Virus record (IMG/VR): IMGVR_UViG_3300025141_014484
Location: 545 to 64,544 of that record
DNA from: a virus
Taxonomy: Duplodnaviria > Caudoviricetes
Strand: one strand, 5' to 3'
Length of the DNA: 64,000 nucleotides
In this document: in pieces, positions 18,343-27,295 of the stretch
Layout: each line of letters opens with the position of its first letter
How positions within the stretch are numbered: the stretch's first letter is position 1
The notes under the pieces: model-generated
Databases searched by the model: none
What the model saw: the letters and a program-made list of their open reading frames with translations, nothing else
Told to the model about the DNA's origin: nothing
Program-made: the position numbers and the translations under genes

Positions 18343-20721
18343 ATGAAAAAAGTTGTAATTATTGGGGCCGGCCCGACTGGTTTAGTAACCGCTCATTCTT
18401 TGAGTGAAAAAACAAATTATGATATTAAAATATTTGAAGCAAATTCATTTGTAGGCGGATTAGTCGGTAGTGGCGAAATAGATGGCATGACTTACGATTA
18501 TGGTCCTCATATATTTCATTCTGCACATGATGACATCACAGATTTTTGGAAAAGTAATTTTGGAGATTTATTGCTTGAAAAACCTTTTTATTATAAAAAT
18601 TATAAAAATGGTATTTTATATGATTATCCTATATCTTGGGAATCTATTGAGAAATTTCCCAATGATATAAAAAAGAAGGTAAAATATGAAATAGAGAATT
18701 TAAAACCAGAAAATTTAAAACGCTCAAGAAACTTTAAGGAGTGTGTTGAAGAATTAGTCGGCCCCACGTTGCAAAGTATTTTTTTTGAAAAATACACCGA
18801 AAAATTGTGGGGTATTTCACCAGAAAAAATGTCTTCTAATTGGGCACCAAAGAGGATTCATTTAAGAAAGAAGCACAAAGCATTTTGGTCAGGTCAGTAT
18901 TCGGCATGTGGAAAATATGGTGCAGGAAAAATAATGGAAAGACTTTCCAAAATGTCAGAGGATAATGGAGTTAGTGTTCACCTCAATCATAGGGTTGTCG
19001 GTGCAAAGACAGATGGCTACACGATTACTGATCTAATATTTGATAATGGAACATCCTACGATGTTTCTGATTCAATTATTGTATCTACAATACCATTAAA
19101 TGTAGTTTGTAAAACCTTAGATATCCCTTGCAGTTTGACTTTTAATTCAGTACGACTCGTGTACATGGTATTTTCGAAAGAAATAGTTTTACCTAAAGAC
19201 GTTCATAGCATTTATTATGCACAAGATGATTTTCACTTTCATAGAGTTACAGAACAAAAGCAATATTCAGATTATGGATATCCTAAAGACAAAACTCTTT
19301 TAATTTTTGAAATTTCTTATACTGCAAGAAAACACTTAGGAGAGATTTCAGATGAACAAATAATCAGTGAAGTGCTTGAACAGTCTTGTGAACTTGGTCT
19401 CGTAGAGAAAAAAGATTTTGTGAAAGGTTTTAGTAAACGTTTACCATATGTTAATCCTGTAATGATTACAGGGTATGAGAAAGAATTATCAAAGATAAAT
19501 TCAGAATTAAGTAGATATAACAATCTTCACGTTGCCGGCGGCTCCGGAGAATTTATGTATGGTGATGTTCAGACAATGGTGGCACGAGGCTGGGATATGG
19601 CTGATTTGTTGTCATCTAAGCATTATGAAATTAATAAAAATCTTAAACGTGGCGCCAAATTCAAGTTTAATGATGAGGTTGAATTATTCGGTTATAAAAT
19701 TGGTAAAAAACATCCCACTCTTATTATTGCGGAGATCGGGATTAATCATAGAGGAAATCTTCAGTTTGCCAAAGATTTAATAAAAGAAGCTAAAGAGAGT
19801 GGTTGTGAGATTGCTAAATTACAAACATACAGTGCAAAAAATCGTGTATCAGATAAAACGATGGAATCTAAATATGCCGATAGAACACTTGGAATGGAAG
19901 AATCAACAAGCGAAATGTTTAGTAGATTTGAGCTAACTTATGATGAACATTTAGAGTTGATAAATTATGCCAAGGAGCTTGAAATACCTTTAATTTCAAC
20001 ACCGTTTGATGAGGAAAGCGTTGATATGCTTCTGGATCTGGGAGTACAAGCATTTAAAATAGCTTCATTTGACATTGTTAATTTACCGTTTATTAGGTAT
20101 GTAGCGTCAAAAGGTTTGCCAATTATTCTATCAACTGGTATGAGTCAAATGAGTGAAATTGAAGATGCAATAGATGCTATTTCACAAGAACGAAATCCTA
20201 ATCTTGTTTTGCTTCATTGTGTGAGTGCCTATCCGTGTGATATATCAGACGTAAATTTGAAAGTAATTGATACCATGAGAAAATCATTTGGTGTGCCCGT
20301 AGGATACTCCGACCATACTGTTGGTACATTGGCAAGTAATATGACATTTACGTTAGGGGCGGATATGCTAGAAAAACACTTTACACTTGATAAATTGATG
20401 GAAGGACCAGACCACGTACTGTCTGCTGACCCAAAAGAAATGAAAACTATTGTATCAGATAGAAATAAAATATTTATTGCCCTAGGAGATGGAATTAAAA
20501 GACCGACACCAATTGAATATCGTCAAATAAATTCACAGAGAAAGTCCATTTTTGCAAAAATACAAATTAAAAAGGGGGAAATCTTGACACTTGAGAATAT
20601 TACAGTTAAAGGTCCTGGTCTTGGCTTGCTCCCGAAATATTTATCAATTATTTTGGGCAAAAAGGTAACGAAGGATATTGATAGTGATTTACCAATAACC
20701 TGGGACGCAGTCTTAAGTTAG
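18343..20721 (+). CDS. Fusion: FAD-dependent oxidoreductase (UDP-galactopyranose-mutase-like) + nonulosonate synthase NeuB + SAF domain
   Basis: IIGAGPTG, GGLVGS, DYGPHIFH, YTEKLWG in the N-half; IAEIGINH.G, AKLQT, STPFD, FKIAS, ILSTGM, LLHCVSAYP, GYSDHT, EKHFTLD, GPDH in the C-half; RKSIFA...KGPGLG SAF tail. Confidence 0.88.
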   Translation: MKKVVIIGAGPTGLVTAHSLSEKTNYDIKIFEANSFVGGLVGSGEIDGMTYDYGPHIFHSAHDDITDFWKSNFGDLLLEKPFYYKNYKNGILYDYPISWESIEKFPNDIKKKVKYEIENLKPENLKRSRNFKECVEELVGPTLQSIFFEKYTEKLWGISPEKMSSNWAPKRIHLRKKHKAFWSGQYSACGKYGAGKIMERLSKMSEDNGVSVHLNHRVVGAKTDGYTITDLIFDNGTSYDVSDSIIVSTIPLNVVCKTLDIPCSLTFNSVRLVYMVFSKEIVLPKDVHSIYYAQDDFHFHRVTEQKQYSDYGYPKDKTLLIFEISYTARKHLGEISDEQIISEVLEQSCELGLVEKKDFVKGFSKRLPYVNPVMITGYEKELSKINSELSRYNNLHVAGGSGEFMYGDVQTMVARGWDMADLLSSKHYEINKNLKRGAKFKFNDEVELFGYKIGKKHPTLIIAEIGINHRGNLQFAKDLIKEAKESGCEIAKLQTYSAKNRVSDKTMESKYADRTLGMEESTSEMFSRFELTYDEHLELINYAKELEIPLISTPFDEESVDMLLDLGVQAFKIASFDIVNLPFIRYVASKGLPIILSTGMSQMSEIEDAIDAISQERNPNLVLLHCVSAYPCDISDVNLKVIDTMRKSFGVPVGYSDHTVGTLASNMTFTLGADMLEKHFTLDKLMEGPDHVLSADPKEMKTIVSDRNKIFIALGDGIKRPTPIEYRQINSQRKSIFAKIQIKKGEILTLENITVKGPGLGLLPKYLSIILGKKVTKDIDSDLPITWDAVLS

Positions 20722-20773
20722 GTCAACAGAAATATTTAAAAATACGAAAACAGTTATGATCGGAGAAAAAACA

Positions 20774-21355
20774 ATGGAAGATTTAAAAGTTTTGGTCATC
20801 ATTCCAGCAAAAGGAGATTCGACAAGATTACCTAAAAAGAATTTACAAGAAATTAATGGCAAGTCTTTAGTTGAGTTAGCGATAGATTATGCAAAAGAGT
20901 GTCCATATGTTGATGAGATTATTGTTTCAACAGAAAATAATGATATTATGAGTGTGGCTATAGAAAATGGTGTAAGAGGTGTAATAAGAGATGAATTTTT
21001 GTGCGGAGATACTGAAGTTGTGGATGTTTATATTGATGTGATTAATAATATTAAAGAGAGATATGATTATGTAGTAGGATTGCAGCCAGACCACCCAGAT
21101 AAGAGTCGATCTTTATCATATTGTTTGGAATATATGATTGAAAATTATTTTGATGATTTAATCACAGTCACGCCAGAAGCTGAAAGAAATGGTAGTGTTA
21201 GAATATTTAAATATAATCATTTAGTAGCTGGTCACGTGAGTAAGAGAATAGGTTGTGTGAAGGATACAGCCACAGACATTCATTATGAAAGGGATTTAGA
21301 ATTAGTTAGAAAAAAATATAAATTCTCGACTGAAAGTGTTAAAATAAATAAATGA
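20774..21355 (+). CDS. neuA: CMP-nonulosonate synthetase (acylneuraminate cytidylyltransferase)
   Basis: IIPAKGDSTRLPKKN, IVSTE, LQPD.P, DIH...D; adjacent to NeuB; alternative start at 20756. Confidence 0.85.
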   Translation: MEDLKVLVIIPAKGDSTRLPKKNLQEINGKSLVELAIDYAKECPYVDEIIVSTENNDIMSVAIENGVRGVIRDEFLCGDTEVVDVYIDVINNIKERYDYVVGLQPDHPDKSRSLSYCLEYMIENYFDDLITVTPEAERNGSVRIFKYNHLVAGHVSKRIGCVKDTATDIHYERDLELVRKKYKFSTESVKINK

Positions 21356-21409
21356 TATGTATATCTGTGATAAGTCAATAAATTGCGATAGTTTTTTTAA
21401 GGAAGAGGG

Positions 21410-22135
21410 ATGACAGAAAAAGTAAATTATACATCTTGGCCACTAGGTCGCATACCCGAAGAGTGGCACCGACCTGAATTGGGCCAACTTAGGGACGCTG
21501 GCTATGAATGGGAGGACCCACGCGACGCAGTCGATCTATTTGAACAAAAGGTAGCAAAGTTTGCCGGCGCCCAATATGGGGTGGCCCTTGATTGTTGCTC
21601 TAACGGGTTGTTTTTGGCACTCAAATATCTTCAAGCTAAAAAAACAGTTACTATTCCGGCGCAGACATATGTGTCAGTGCCAATGCAGGTTATTCATGCG
21701 GGCTGTAAGATAAGATTTGAGGACATTGAATGGTCCGGGATATATCAGCTTAAGCCATACCCGGTGTATGATGCCGCAACGCGGTTTACAAAAGGAATGT
21801 TTGTGGGAGGGGACGCCCTTCAGGTCCTGTCTTTCCAAATTAAGAAGCGACTTCCGATCGGCCGCGGCGGCATGATTTTAACAAATAGCGAAAAAGCCTA
21901 TAATTGGCTAAAAAAAGCCTCTTACGACGGCAGAGATCTAGAAAAGTATTACCCAGAGGACGAATTCGAGCTCCTAGGATGGCATATGTATATGACTCCG
22001 GAGGACGCAGCAAGAGGGATTTTGCTCATGGATCAGCTCCCAGAAGAAAATGAAGACTCTGGAGGTAACGAAAACTACTCAGTTTTGTCAGATAAACGGG
22101 TATTTCAAAGATATATTGATGAACAGGAGAAGTAA
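21410..22135 (+). CDS. Short DegT-family PLP-dependent aminotransferase
   Basis: FEQKVAKFAG, DCCSNGLFL, YDAA, SFQIKKRLPIGRGG; only 241 aa. Confidence 0.8.
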   Translation: MTEKVNYTSWPLGRIPEEWHRPELGQLRDAGYEWEDPRDAVDLFEQKVAKFAGAQYGVALDCCSNGLFLALKYLQAKKTVTIPAQTYVSVPMQVIHAGCKIRFEDIEWSGIYQLKPYPVYDAATRFTKGMFVGGDALQVLSFQIKKRLPIGRGGMILTNSEKAYNWLKKASYDGRDLEKYYPEDEFELLGWHMYMTPEDAARGILLMDQLPEENEDSGGNENYSVLSDKRVFQRYIDEQEK

Positions 22136-23104
22136 ATGACGAAAAGAGCACTGATTACAGGTATTGCCGGCCAGGATGGTAGCTACCTGACGGAATATTT
22201 ATTAGAGTTGGGGTATGAGGTATACGGTATTGTCCGGCGTAGCTCTGTTGCAGAAAACCAAGACGCGCGCGTGGCCCACATTAGACATAAAATAAAAACA
22301 TTTTATGGGGATTTAACTGATTATCCGTCACTCGTACGAATTGTGAGTGAGGTACAGCCACATGAAATCTATAACTTAGGGGCGATGAGCCATGTTCGTA
22401 TCAGTTTTGATATGCCCTCTTTTACCATTCAGACCAATGCTATGGGTGTTTTAAACTTGCTTGAAGTTTGTCGTACAATTGTCCCCCAGGCTAAATTTTA
22501 TCAAGCAAGTTCCTCAGAAATGTTTGGAAATTCAGTAGACGATGACGGATCTCAAAGACTTACAACGCCAATGAATCCGGTGAGCCCCTATGGGTGTGCG
22601 AAAGTAATGGGATATAATTTGGTGCGACACTATAGAAATGCATACAAGATGCATGCCTGTAATGGAATCCTCTTTAATCATGAATCGCCCCGCCGAGGGT
22701 CTAATTTTGTTACCAACAAGGTTGTTAAAACCGCGGTACAGATTAAGAAGGGGCTTGTTGACCAGCTAGAGCTTGGCAATTTAGACTCCCAGCGTGATTG
22801 GGGCCATTCAAAAGATTACGTACGCGCGATGCACATGATCTTAAACCACCACACCCCAGATGAGTTTGTGGTGGCAACGGGACGTACACATTCGGTTAGG
22901 GATTTGTGCGAACATGTCTTTACAAGATTGGACATGGATTATCGAGATTACGTCGTTCAAAATCCAAAGTATATGAGGCCTGAAGAATTACGCTATCTTA
23001 AAGGGGACTCTTCTAAAATACGCGAAGTTTTAGGGTGGGAACCAGAATACACATTTGAAACTATGATGGACGAGATGGTAGATTACTGGATGGAAATTTT
23101 ATAA
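22136..23104 (+). CDS. gmd: GDP-mannose 4,6-dehydratase
   Basis: ALITGIAGQDGSYL, YQASSSEMFG, SPYGCAK, GILFNHESPRRG, LGNLDSQRDWGH. Confidence 0.96.
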   Translation: MTKRALITGIAGQDGSYLTEYLLELGYEVYGIVRRSSVAENQDARVAHIRHKIKTFYGDLTDYPSLVRIVSEVQPHEIYNLGAMSHVRISFDMPSFTIQTNAMGVLNLLEVCRTIVPQAKFYQASSSEMFGNSVDDDGSQRLTTPMNPVSPYGCAKVMGYNLVRHYRNAYKMHACNGILFNHESPRRGSNFVTNKVVKTAVQIKKGLVDQLELGNLDSQRDWGHSKDYVRAMHMILNHHTPDEFVVATGRTHSVRDLCEHVFTRLDMDYRDYVVQNPKYMRPEELRYLKGDSSKIREVLGWEPEYTFETMMDEMVDYWMEIL

Positions 23105-23106
23105 AA

Positions 23107-23916
23107 ATGATCACATGCGATATCATAGGAGCGACCTCGTCTAATCCGGGCCTGGGAAACCAGCTCTTTATTATCGCGACCACGTTATCATTGGCGCTCG
23201 ATAACAACACGACAGCCGTATTTCCAGACTTACTATATCCTCCCTATACTTTTTATGGCAATACTATCTTTTCACAATTGGATCCTGGGGCCGACAAAGC
23301 CTTTGTTAGGCATGTGCATCAGGAAGAGCCGTATACGAGCACCATTTATAATAAGGTGCCATACAAAGAGGGCATGATACTTCGTGGACATTTCCAATCC
23401 TATAAATATTTCTATCACAATATCGACCACATTAGAAAATTATTTCGGTTGCCTCAATTTATGACAGACTCTATCGATCAGAAGTATCGAGATATTTTGC
23501 AGCTGCCAAATACAGTATCACTTCATGTGCGCCGCGGCGATTATGTTGCCTTAACAGAGAATTATGCAACCTTGACAGATGAATATTATGAAGCAGCTCT
23601 AAGCAGGATTGAAAATTTTTCCAAAATTATTGTTTTTAGCGATGACATTTCGTGGTGCAAAGAGAATCTTCTACAAAATAGAAAAAAAGATCTTATTTTT
23701 ATAGAAAACGAAATGGACGTTATGAGCATTTATCTGATGAGCAAGATGAAAAATAATATAGTAGCAAATTCCACTTTTTCTTTGTGGGGAGCTTTTCTGA
23801 ATGAAAATGAAAATGCGACAATAGTGGCCCCGCGACCATGGTTCGGCCCGGGCCGTACTGCCGACAACGATAGAGAAACGGCCGACCTAATACCTCCCCA
23901 CTGGATGAGAATATAA
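23107..23916 (+). CDS. Glycosyltransferase family 11 (alpha-1,2-fucosyltransferase)
   Basis: GLGNQLF, GHFQSYKYF, SLHVRRGDY, VFSDDISWC, NSTFSLWGAFL. Confidence 0.92.
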   Translation: MITCDIIGATSSNPGLGNQLFIIATTLSLALDNNTTAVFPDLLYPPYTFYGNTIFSQLDPGADKAFVRHVHQEEPYTSTIYNKVPYKEGMILRGHFQSYKYFYHNIDHIRKLFRLPQFMTDSIDQKYRDILQLPNTVSLHVRRGDYVALTENYATLTDEYYEAALSRIENFSKIIVFSDDISWCKENLLQNRKKDLIFIENEMDVMSIYLMSKMKNNIVANSTFSLWGAFLNENENATIVAPRPWFGPGRTADNDRETADLIPPHWMRI

Positions 23917-23917
23917 A

Positions 23918-24835
23918 ATGAAGCGCATACTGGTAACTGGTGGAACCGGCATGGTGGGTCACGCCCTTCAGGAGGCAATTCCCGGTGCAACGTTTGTGTC
24001 TTCAAAAGATGCAGATCTTAGAGTGTCCGACCAAGCCAACACTTTGATAGGAGAGGTCCAGCCTACCCATGTCATACATCTGGCAGCGCGCGTTGGAGGA
24101 GTTAAGGCTAATATGGATAATTTAGGCAGCTTTTATTATGATAATATCATGATAAATACGAATGTCCTCGAAAGTTGCAGGATTCATCGGGTACAGAAAG
24201 TACTATCACTATTGAGCACATGCGTGTATCCAGATGGTGCACCCTATCCTCTTCAAGAAGAATCAATGCATATTGGAGCACCTCACACATCTAACTATGG
24301 ATATGCTTATGCAAAGCGGATGGTTGATGTGCAGTCACGCGCCTATAGACAACAGTATGGATCTAATTTTATAACCGTTATCCCAAATAATCTTTTCGGT
24401 GAAAATGATTATTTTCATTTACACAACTCGCACGTAATTCCTGCGATGATAAGAAAGATATATGAAGCCAGAGAAAATGATACGGATGCAGCCTTGTGGG
24501 GCACAGGGATGGTATATAGAGAATTTACGTATGCTAAAGATCTAGCAAAAATACTTTTTTTGTTATTGGATAATTATAATGAGGCCTCCCCCATTAATGT
24601 GGGGGCGCCCAAAGAGCACTTGATAAAAGATGTGGCAGAAAAAATTTGCTCAATTTTTGATTTTAAAAATGATATCATATGGAATGCCTCAATGCCCAAG
24701 GGGCAGTATAGAAAACCTTCGGACGACACAAAGCTAAGAACTATAGGGTACAGCGACTATACAGAATTTGATGTTGCCTTACAGAATACGTGCGATTGGT
24801 TTGAGACAAATTACGAAAACGTGAGAGGACGATAA
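23918..24835 (+). CDS. fcl: GDP-L-fucose synthase
   Basis: TGGTGMVG, HLAARVGG..AN, STCVYP, YAYAKR, SHVIPAMI, WGTG...REF. Confidence 0.92.
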   Translation: MKRILVTGGTGMVGHALQEAIPGATFVSSKDADLRVSDQANTLIGEVQPTHVIHLAARVGGVKANMDNLGSFYYDNIMINTNVLESCRIHRVQKVLSLLSTCVYPDGAPYPLQEESMHIGAPHTSNYGYAYAKRMVDVQSRAYRQQYGSNFITVIPNNLFGENDYFHLHNSHVIPAMIRKIYEARENDTDAALWGTGMVYREFTYAKDLAKILFLLLDNYNEASPINVGAPKEHLIKDVAEKICSIFDFKNDIIWNASMPKGQYRKPSDDTKLRTIGYSDYTEFDVALQNTCDWFETNYENVRGR

Positions 24836-24837
24836 AT

Positions 24838-25692
24838 ATGCAAAAAGTTTTAGTAACAGGGGGCCTAGGATTTATTGGGTCAAACTTGGTAGACTTACTG
24901 ATGCTTACAGGAGAATATGATGTTACTGTAATAGATAATTTAATTTCCGAGTCGAGCAGCACCGACTATAAAAGAGAGAATGTTAAATATTGGGAAGCGG
25001 ACATAAGAGACGTTAATCAAGCAAAATATATTCAAGACTTTGATGTTGTATTCCACTTGGCTGCGCTGGCAAGAATCCAGCCCAGCTTCAAAAATCCACT
25101 AGAAACCATTAGTGTAGACACCTACGGTACCGCTACCGTTTGTGAGTTTGCAAGAAAATGTGGAGCAAAAATCGTGTATGCGGCCTCCAGCTCTTTTTAC
25201 GCGGGCCCACATTTGAATCCCTATGCTTTTGCTAAATGGCAAGGAGAAGAAATTTGTACGCTCTACTCTGGTTGCTTTGGCATAAGTACGGCAATCGCCA
25301 GATTTTTTAATGTCTATGGGCCAAGACAACCGAAGACAGGAGATTATGCTACTGTAGTTGGGGTATTTGAAAGACAATATGCCGAGCACGCCCCTCTAAC
25401 GATCACCGGGACAGGAGAGCAGAGAAGAGACTTTACTCATGTTTCAGATATTTGTTCGGGCCTCATCGCCATCTCAAAGGGAAGCTATGCGGGTGAAAAG
25501 TTTAATTTAGGATCAGCCAAAAATAATTCAATTAATGAGTTGGCGACGATGTTTAATACGGAGATAAAATATATACCAAGTCGGCCTGGTGAAGCAGAAA
25601 ACACATTAGCCGACATTACAAAAACCACAAAACTTACTGGGTGGTTACCAGAACATAACTTACAACAATATGTGAAAGGAATTACAAAATGA
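24838..25692 (+). CDS. NDP-sugar epimerase/dehydratase (GalE/WbpP-like SDR)
   Basis: TGGLGFIGS, FHLAA, PYAFAK, RFFNVYGPRQ, GEQRRDFTHV. Confidence 0.9.
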   Translation: MQKVLVTGGLGFIGSNLVDLLMLTGEYDVTVIDNLISESSSTDYKRENVKYWEADIRDVNQAKYIQDFDVVFHLAALARIQPSFKNPLETISVDTYGTATVCEFARKCGAKIVYAASSSFYAGPHLNPYAFAKWQGEEICTLYSGCFGISTAIARFFNVYGPRQPKTGDYATVVGVFERQYAEHAPLTITGTGEQRRDFTHVSDICSGLIAISKGSYAGEKFNLGSAKNNSINELATMFNTEIKYIPSRPGEAENTLADITKTTKLTGWLPEHNLQQYVKGITK

Positions 25693-25901
25693 AGTTATCA
25701 AATCAAGCAGTTGGCGCCCTGATGATGGCGCTCCAAAAATCTCTAATGGAGCAGAGCGATATTGTCCCTCTTCTTCAGGAGATGAACCTTCAGATCGACC
25801 CGGAGGATCAATCACACACTGTTTTAGTAGTGACGAACCCACCGGTGGTTTCACTTGAAGGAGTCGAAGTTAACTTTGATGAGGAGGAAAATGATGTTTA
25901 A
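25689..25901 (+). CDS. Hypothetical protein (70 aa)
   Basis: ATGA overlap with the upstream stop; AAGGA RBS. Confidence 0.7.
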   Translation: MKLSNQAVGALMMALQKSLMEQSDIVPLLQEMNLQIDPEDQSHTVLVVTNPPVVSLEGVEVNFDEEENDV

Positions 25902-26058
25902 TAAAGAAAATACTAAATCAGGTCTTAGTCGCAGCGCTACGAAAGAACTTGTGGAGACAATCGTAAGAAAAGCGATTAGTGAGCAAGCGCGCGCATTAGA
26001 AGAGCACCTTACAGCTATTCATAATAGACTAGTAGAACTTGAACGAAAACCGCGGTAA
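25894..26058 (+). CDS. Hypothetical small coiled-coil protein
   Basis: GAGGAGG RBS before ATG 25894; fills the gap in the operon. Confidence 0.65.
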   Translation: MFNKENTKSGLSRSATKELVETIVRKAISEQARALEEHLTAIHNRLVELERKPR

Positions 26059-26059
26059 T

Positions 26060-26308
26060 ATGCCGCGATATAGGTATCGTTGCATTCAATGTAATCAAGA
26101 GACAGAAATATTTCATCTCTCAGATGAGGTTGTGTCGGAGTGCCCTAAATGTGAGATACCTGAAACTTTGATAAAAATCTTAACAGGTTTTACAACCAGC
26201 AAGAAAACAACTCGAAAGCCTCGTACTGGGGAAATTACTGAGGATTTTATTAAAGAAGCTACACTAGACTTGAAACAACAGAAAAAAGATTCACTGGACA
26301 AAAGATGA
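26060..26308 (+). CDS. FmdB-family zinc-ribbon protein
   Basis: MPRYRYRCIQC...ECPKC. Confidence 0.8.
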   Translation: MPRYRYRCIQCNQETEIFHLSDEVVSECPKCEIPETLIKILTGFTTSKKTTRKPRTGEITEDFIKEATLDLKQQKKDSLDKR

Positions 26309-26658
26309 CAATAAACTTGCTCTTCTTTATGTCCGCATGCTTAAATGTGTTTTTGATGTGGTATATCGCAAAATTGTTGAAAAAATTTATGTTCATGTCT
26401 AGCAATTTGACTGATTTATATTTTACAACCCGAGCTTTTGAAATTTTTATTAAAACACTTTATACTATGAATAGTTATCATGGAGACCCTATTCTGGAAG
26501 AGTTGGTGTTTAAAACAAAAATTGTTTTGGCTGAAGTTGAAAATTTTAGAGAAGTTTTTGAATATACACTTGATGAAGAATTGGAGGAAGAGTTTAATGC
26601 CGCGGAAGCCGAGGAACAAGAAGACAAAAAAGAACCATTATTTTACGATCGTCCATGA
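26305..26658 (+). CDS. Hypothetical protein with N-terminal transmembrane segment and acidic tail
   Basis: Hydrophobic first ~25 aa; Glu-rich C-terminus. Confidence 0.65.
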   Translation: MTINLLFFMSACLNVFLMWYIAKLLKKFMFMSSNLTDLYFTTRAFEIFIKTLYTMNSYHGDPILEELVFKTKIVLAEVENFREVFEYTLDEELEEEFNAAEAEEQEDKKEPLFYDRP

Positions 26659-27295
26659 AGAGGCGATAATAAAATATTCTAACACTGAAGACAGAGAACT
26701 AAGATCAAAATTATACATTGAATATATCCAACCAGCCTTTGATCAGATGGTTGATAAAATAATTTATACTTATCGATTTACAACATTACCTAATATTGAT
26801 TATTTAAAGGCCGACTGTAAGGTATGGCTCACAACTATTTTAAATAAATATGATCCCAGTAAGGGCTCCAAGGCCTTCTCGTATTTTTCCGTCGTTACTA
26901 AAAACTGGTTTATTCATAAAGTTAAAAAAACCCAAAAAAGAAATCGAACCGAAGTTTTTATGGAGGACGTTTTAAATGAACTCGAAGAAAACTTAATCTC
27001 CACTGTGCCCACATATGCTCAAAAAAGAGCAGAGATAGAATTTTGGGCCTCTCTACATCAGGAAATTGATACGTGGGATTCGTTTATGCTTAAGGAAAAC
27101 GAGAAAAAGGTCCTAATGGCTGTGCGCATTCTGTTTGATTCGGCAGATCAAATAGAAATTTTTAATAAAAAAGCTATTTACTTATACCTTAGAGAGATTA
27201 CTGGCCTCAACACAAAGCAGGTAGTAAACAATCTTAATAAGTTAAGGAAAAGGTATAGGACTTTTAAAACGAAATGGCAAAACGGCGAAATTTAA
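26597..27295 (+). CDS. Phage sigma-factor-like protein (T4 gp55-like late sigma)
   Basis: NHYFT, then KYDPSKGSKAFSYFSVVTKNWF, which resembles sigma region 2 (gp55 NPFAYFT type); C-terminal HTH-like LREITGLNTKQV; GGAGG RBS. Confidence 0.7.
   Translation: MPRKPRNKKTKKNHYFTIVHEEAIIKYSNTEDRELRSKLYIEYIQPAFDQMVDKIIYTYRFTTLPNIDYLKADCKVWLTTILNKYDPSKGSKAFSYFSVVTKNWFIHKVKKTQKRNRTEVFMEDVLNELEENLISTVPTYAQKRAEIEFWASLHQEIDTWDSFMLKENEKKVLMAVRILFDSADQIEIFNKKAIYLYLREITGLNTKQVVNNLNKLRKRYRTFKTKWQNGEI

Noticed and set aside
21410-24835. Colitose pathway (gmd + ColD + ColC)
   Set aside because: The DegT-like protein has Lys rather than the His typical of ColD in the active-site loop; GDP-fucose is the simpler reading.
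3628-25692. Bacterial O-antigen/capsule locus beside a prophage
   Set aside because: No wzx/wzy/wzz/ABC export or priming transferase, no integrase or att-like boundary, and translational coupling to phage-type genes on both sides. A chimeric assembly cannot be excluded without reads.
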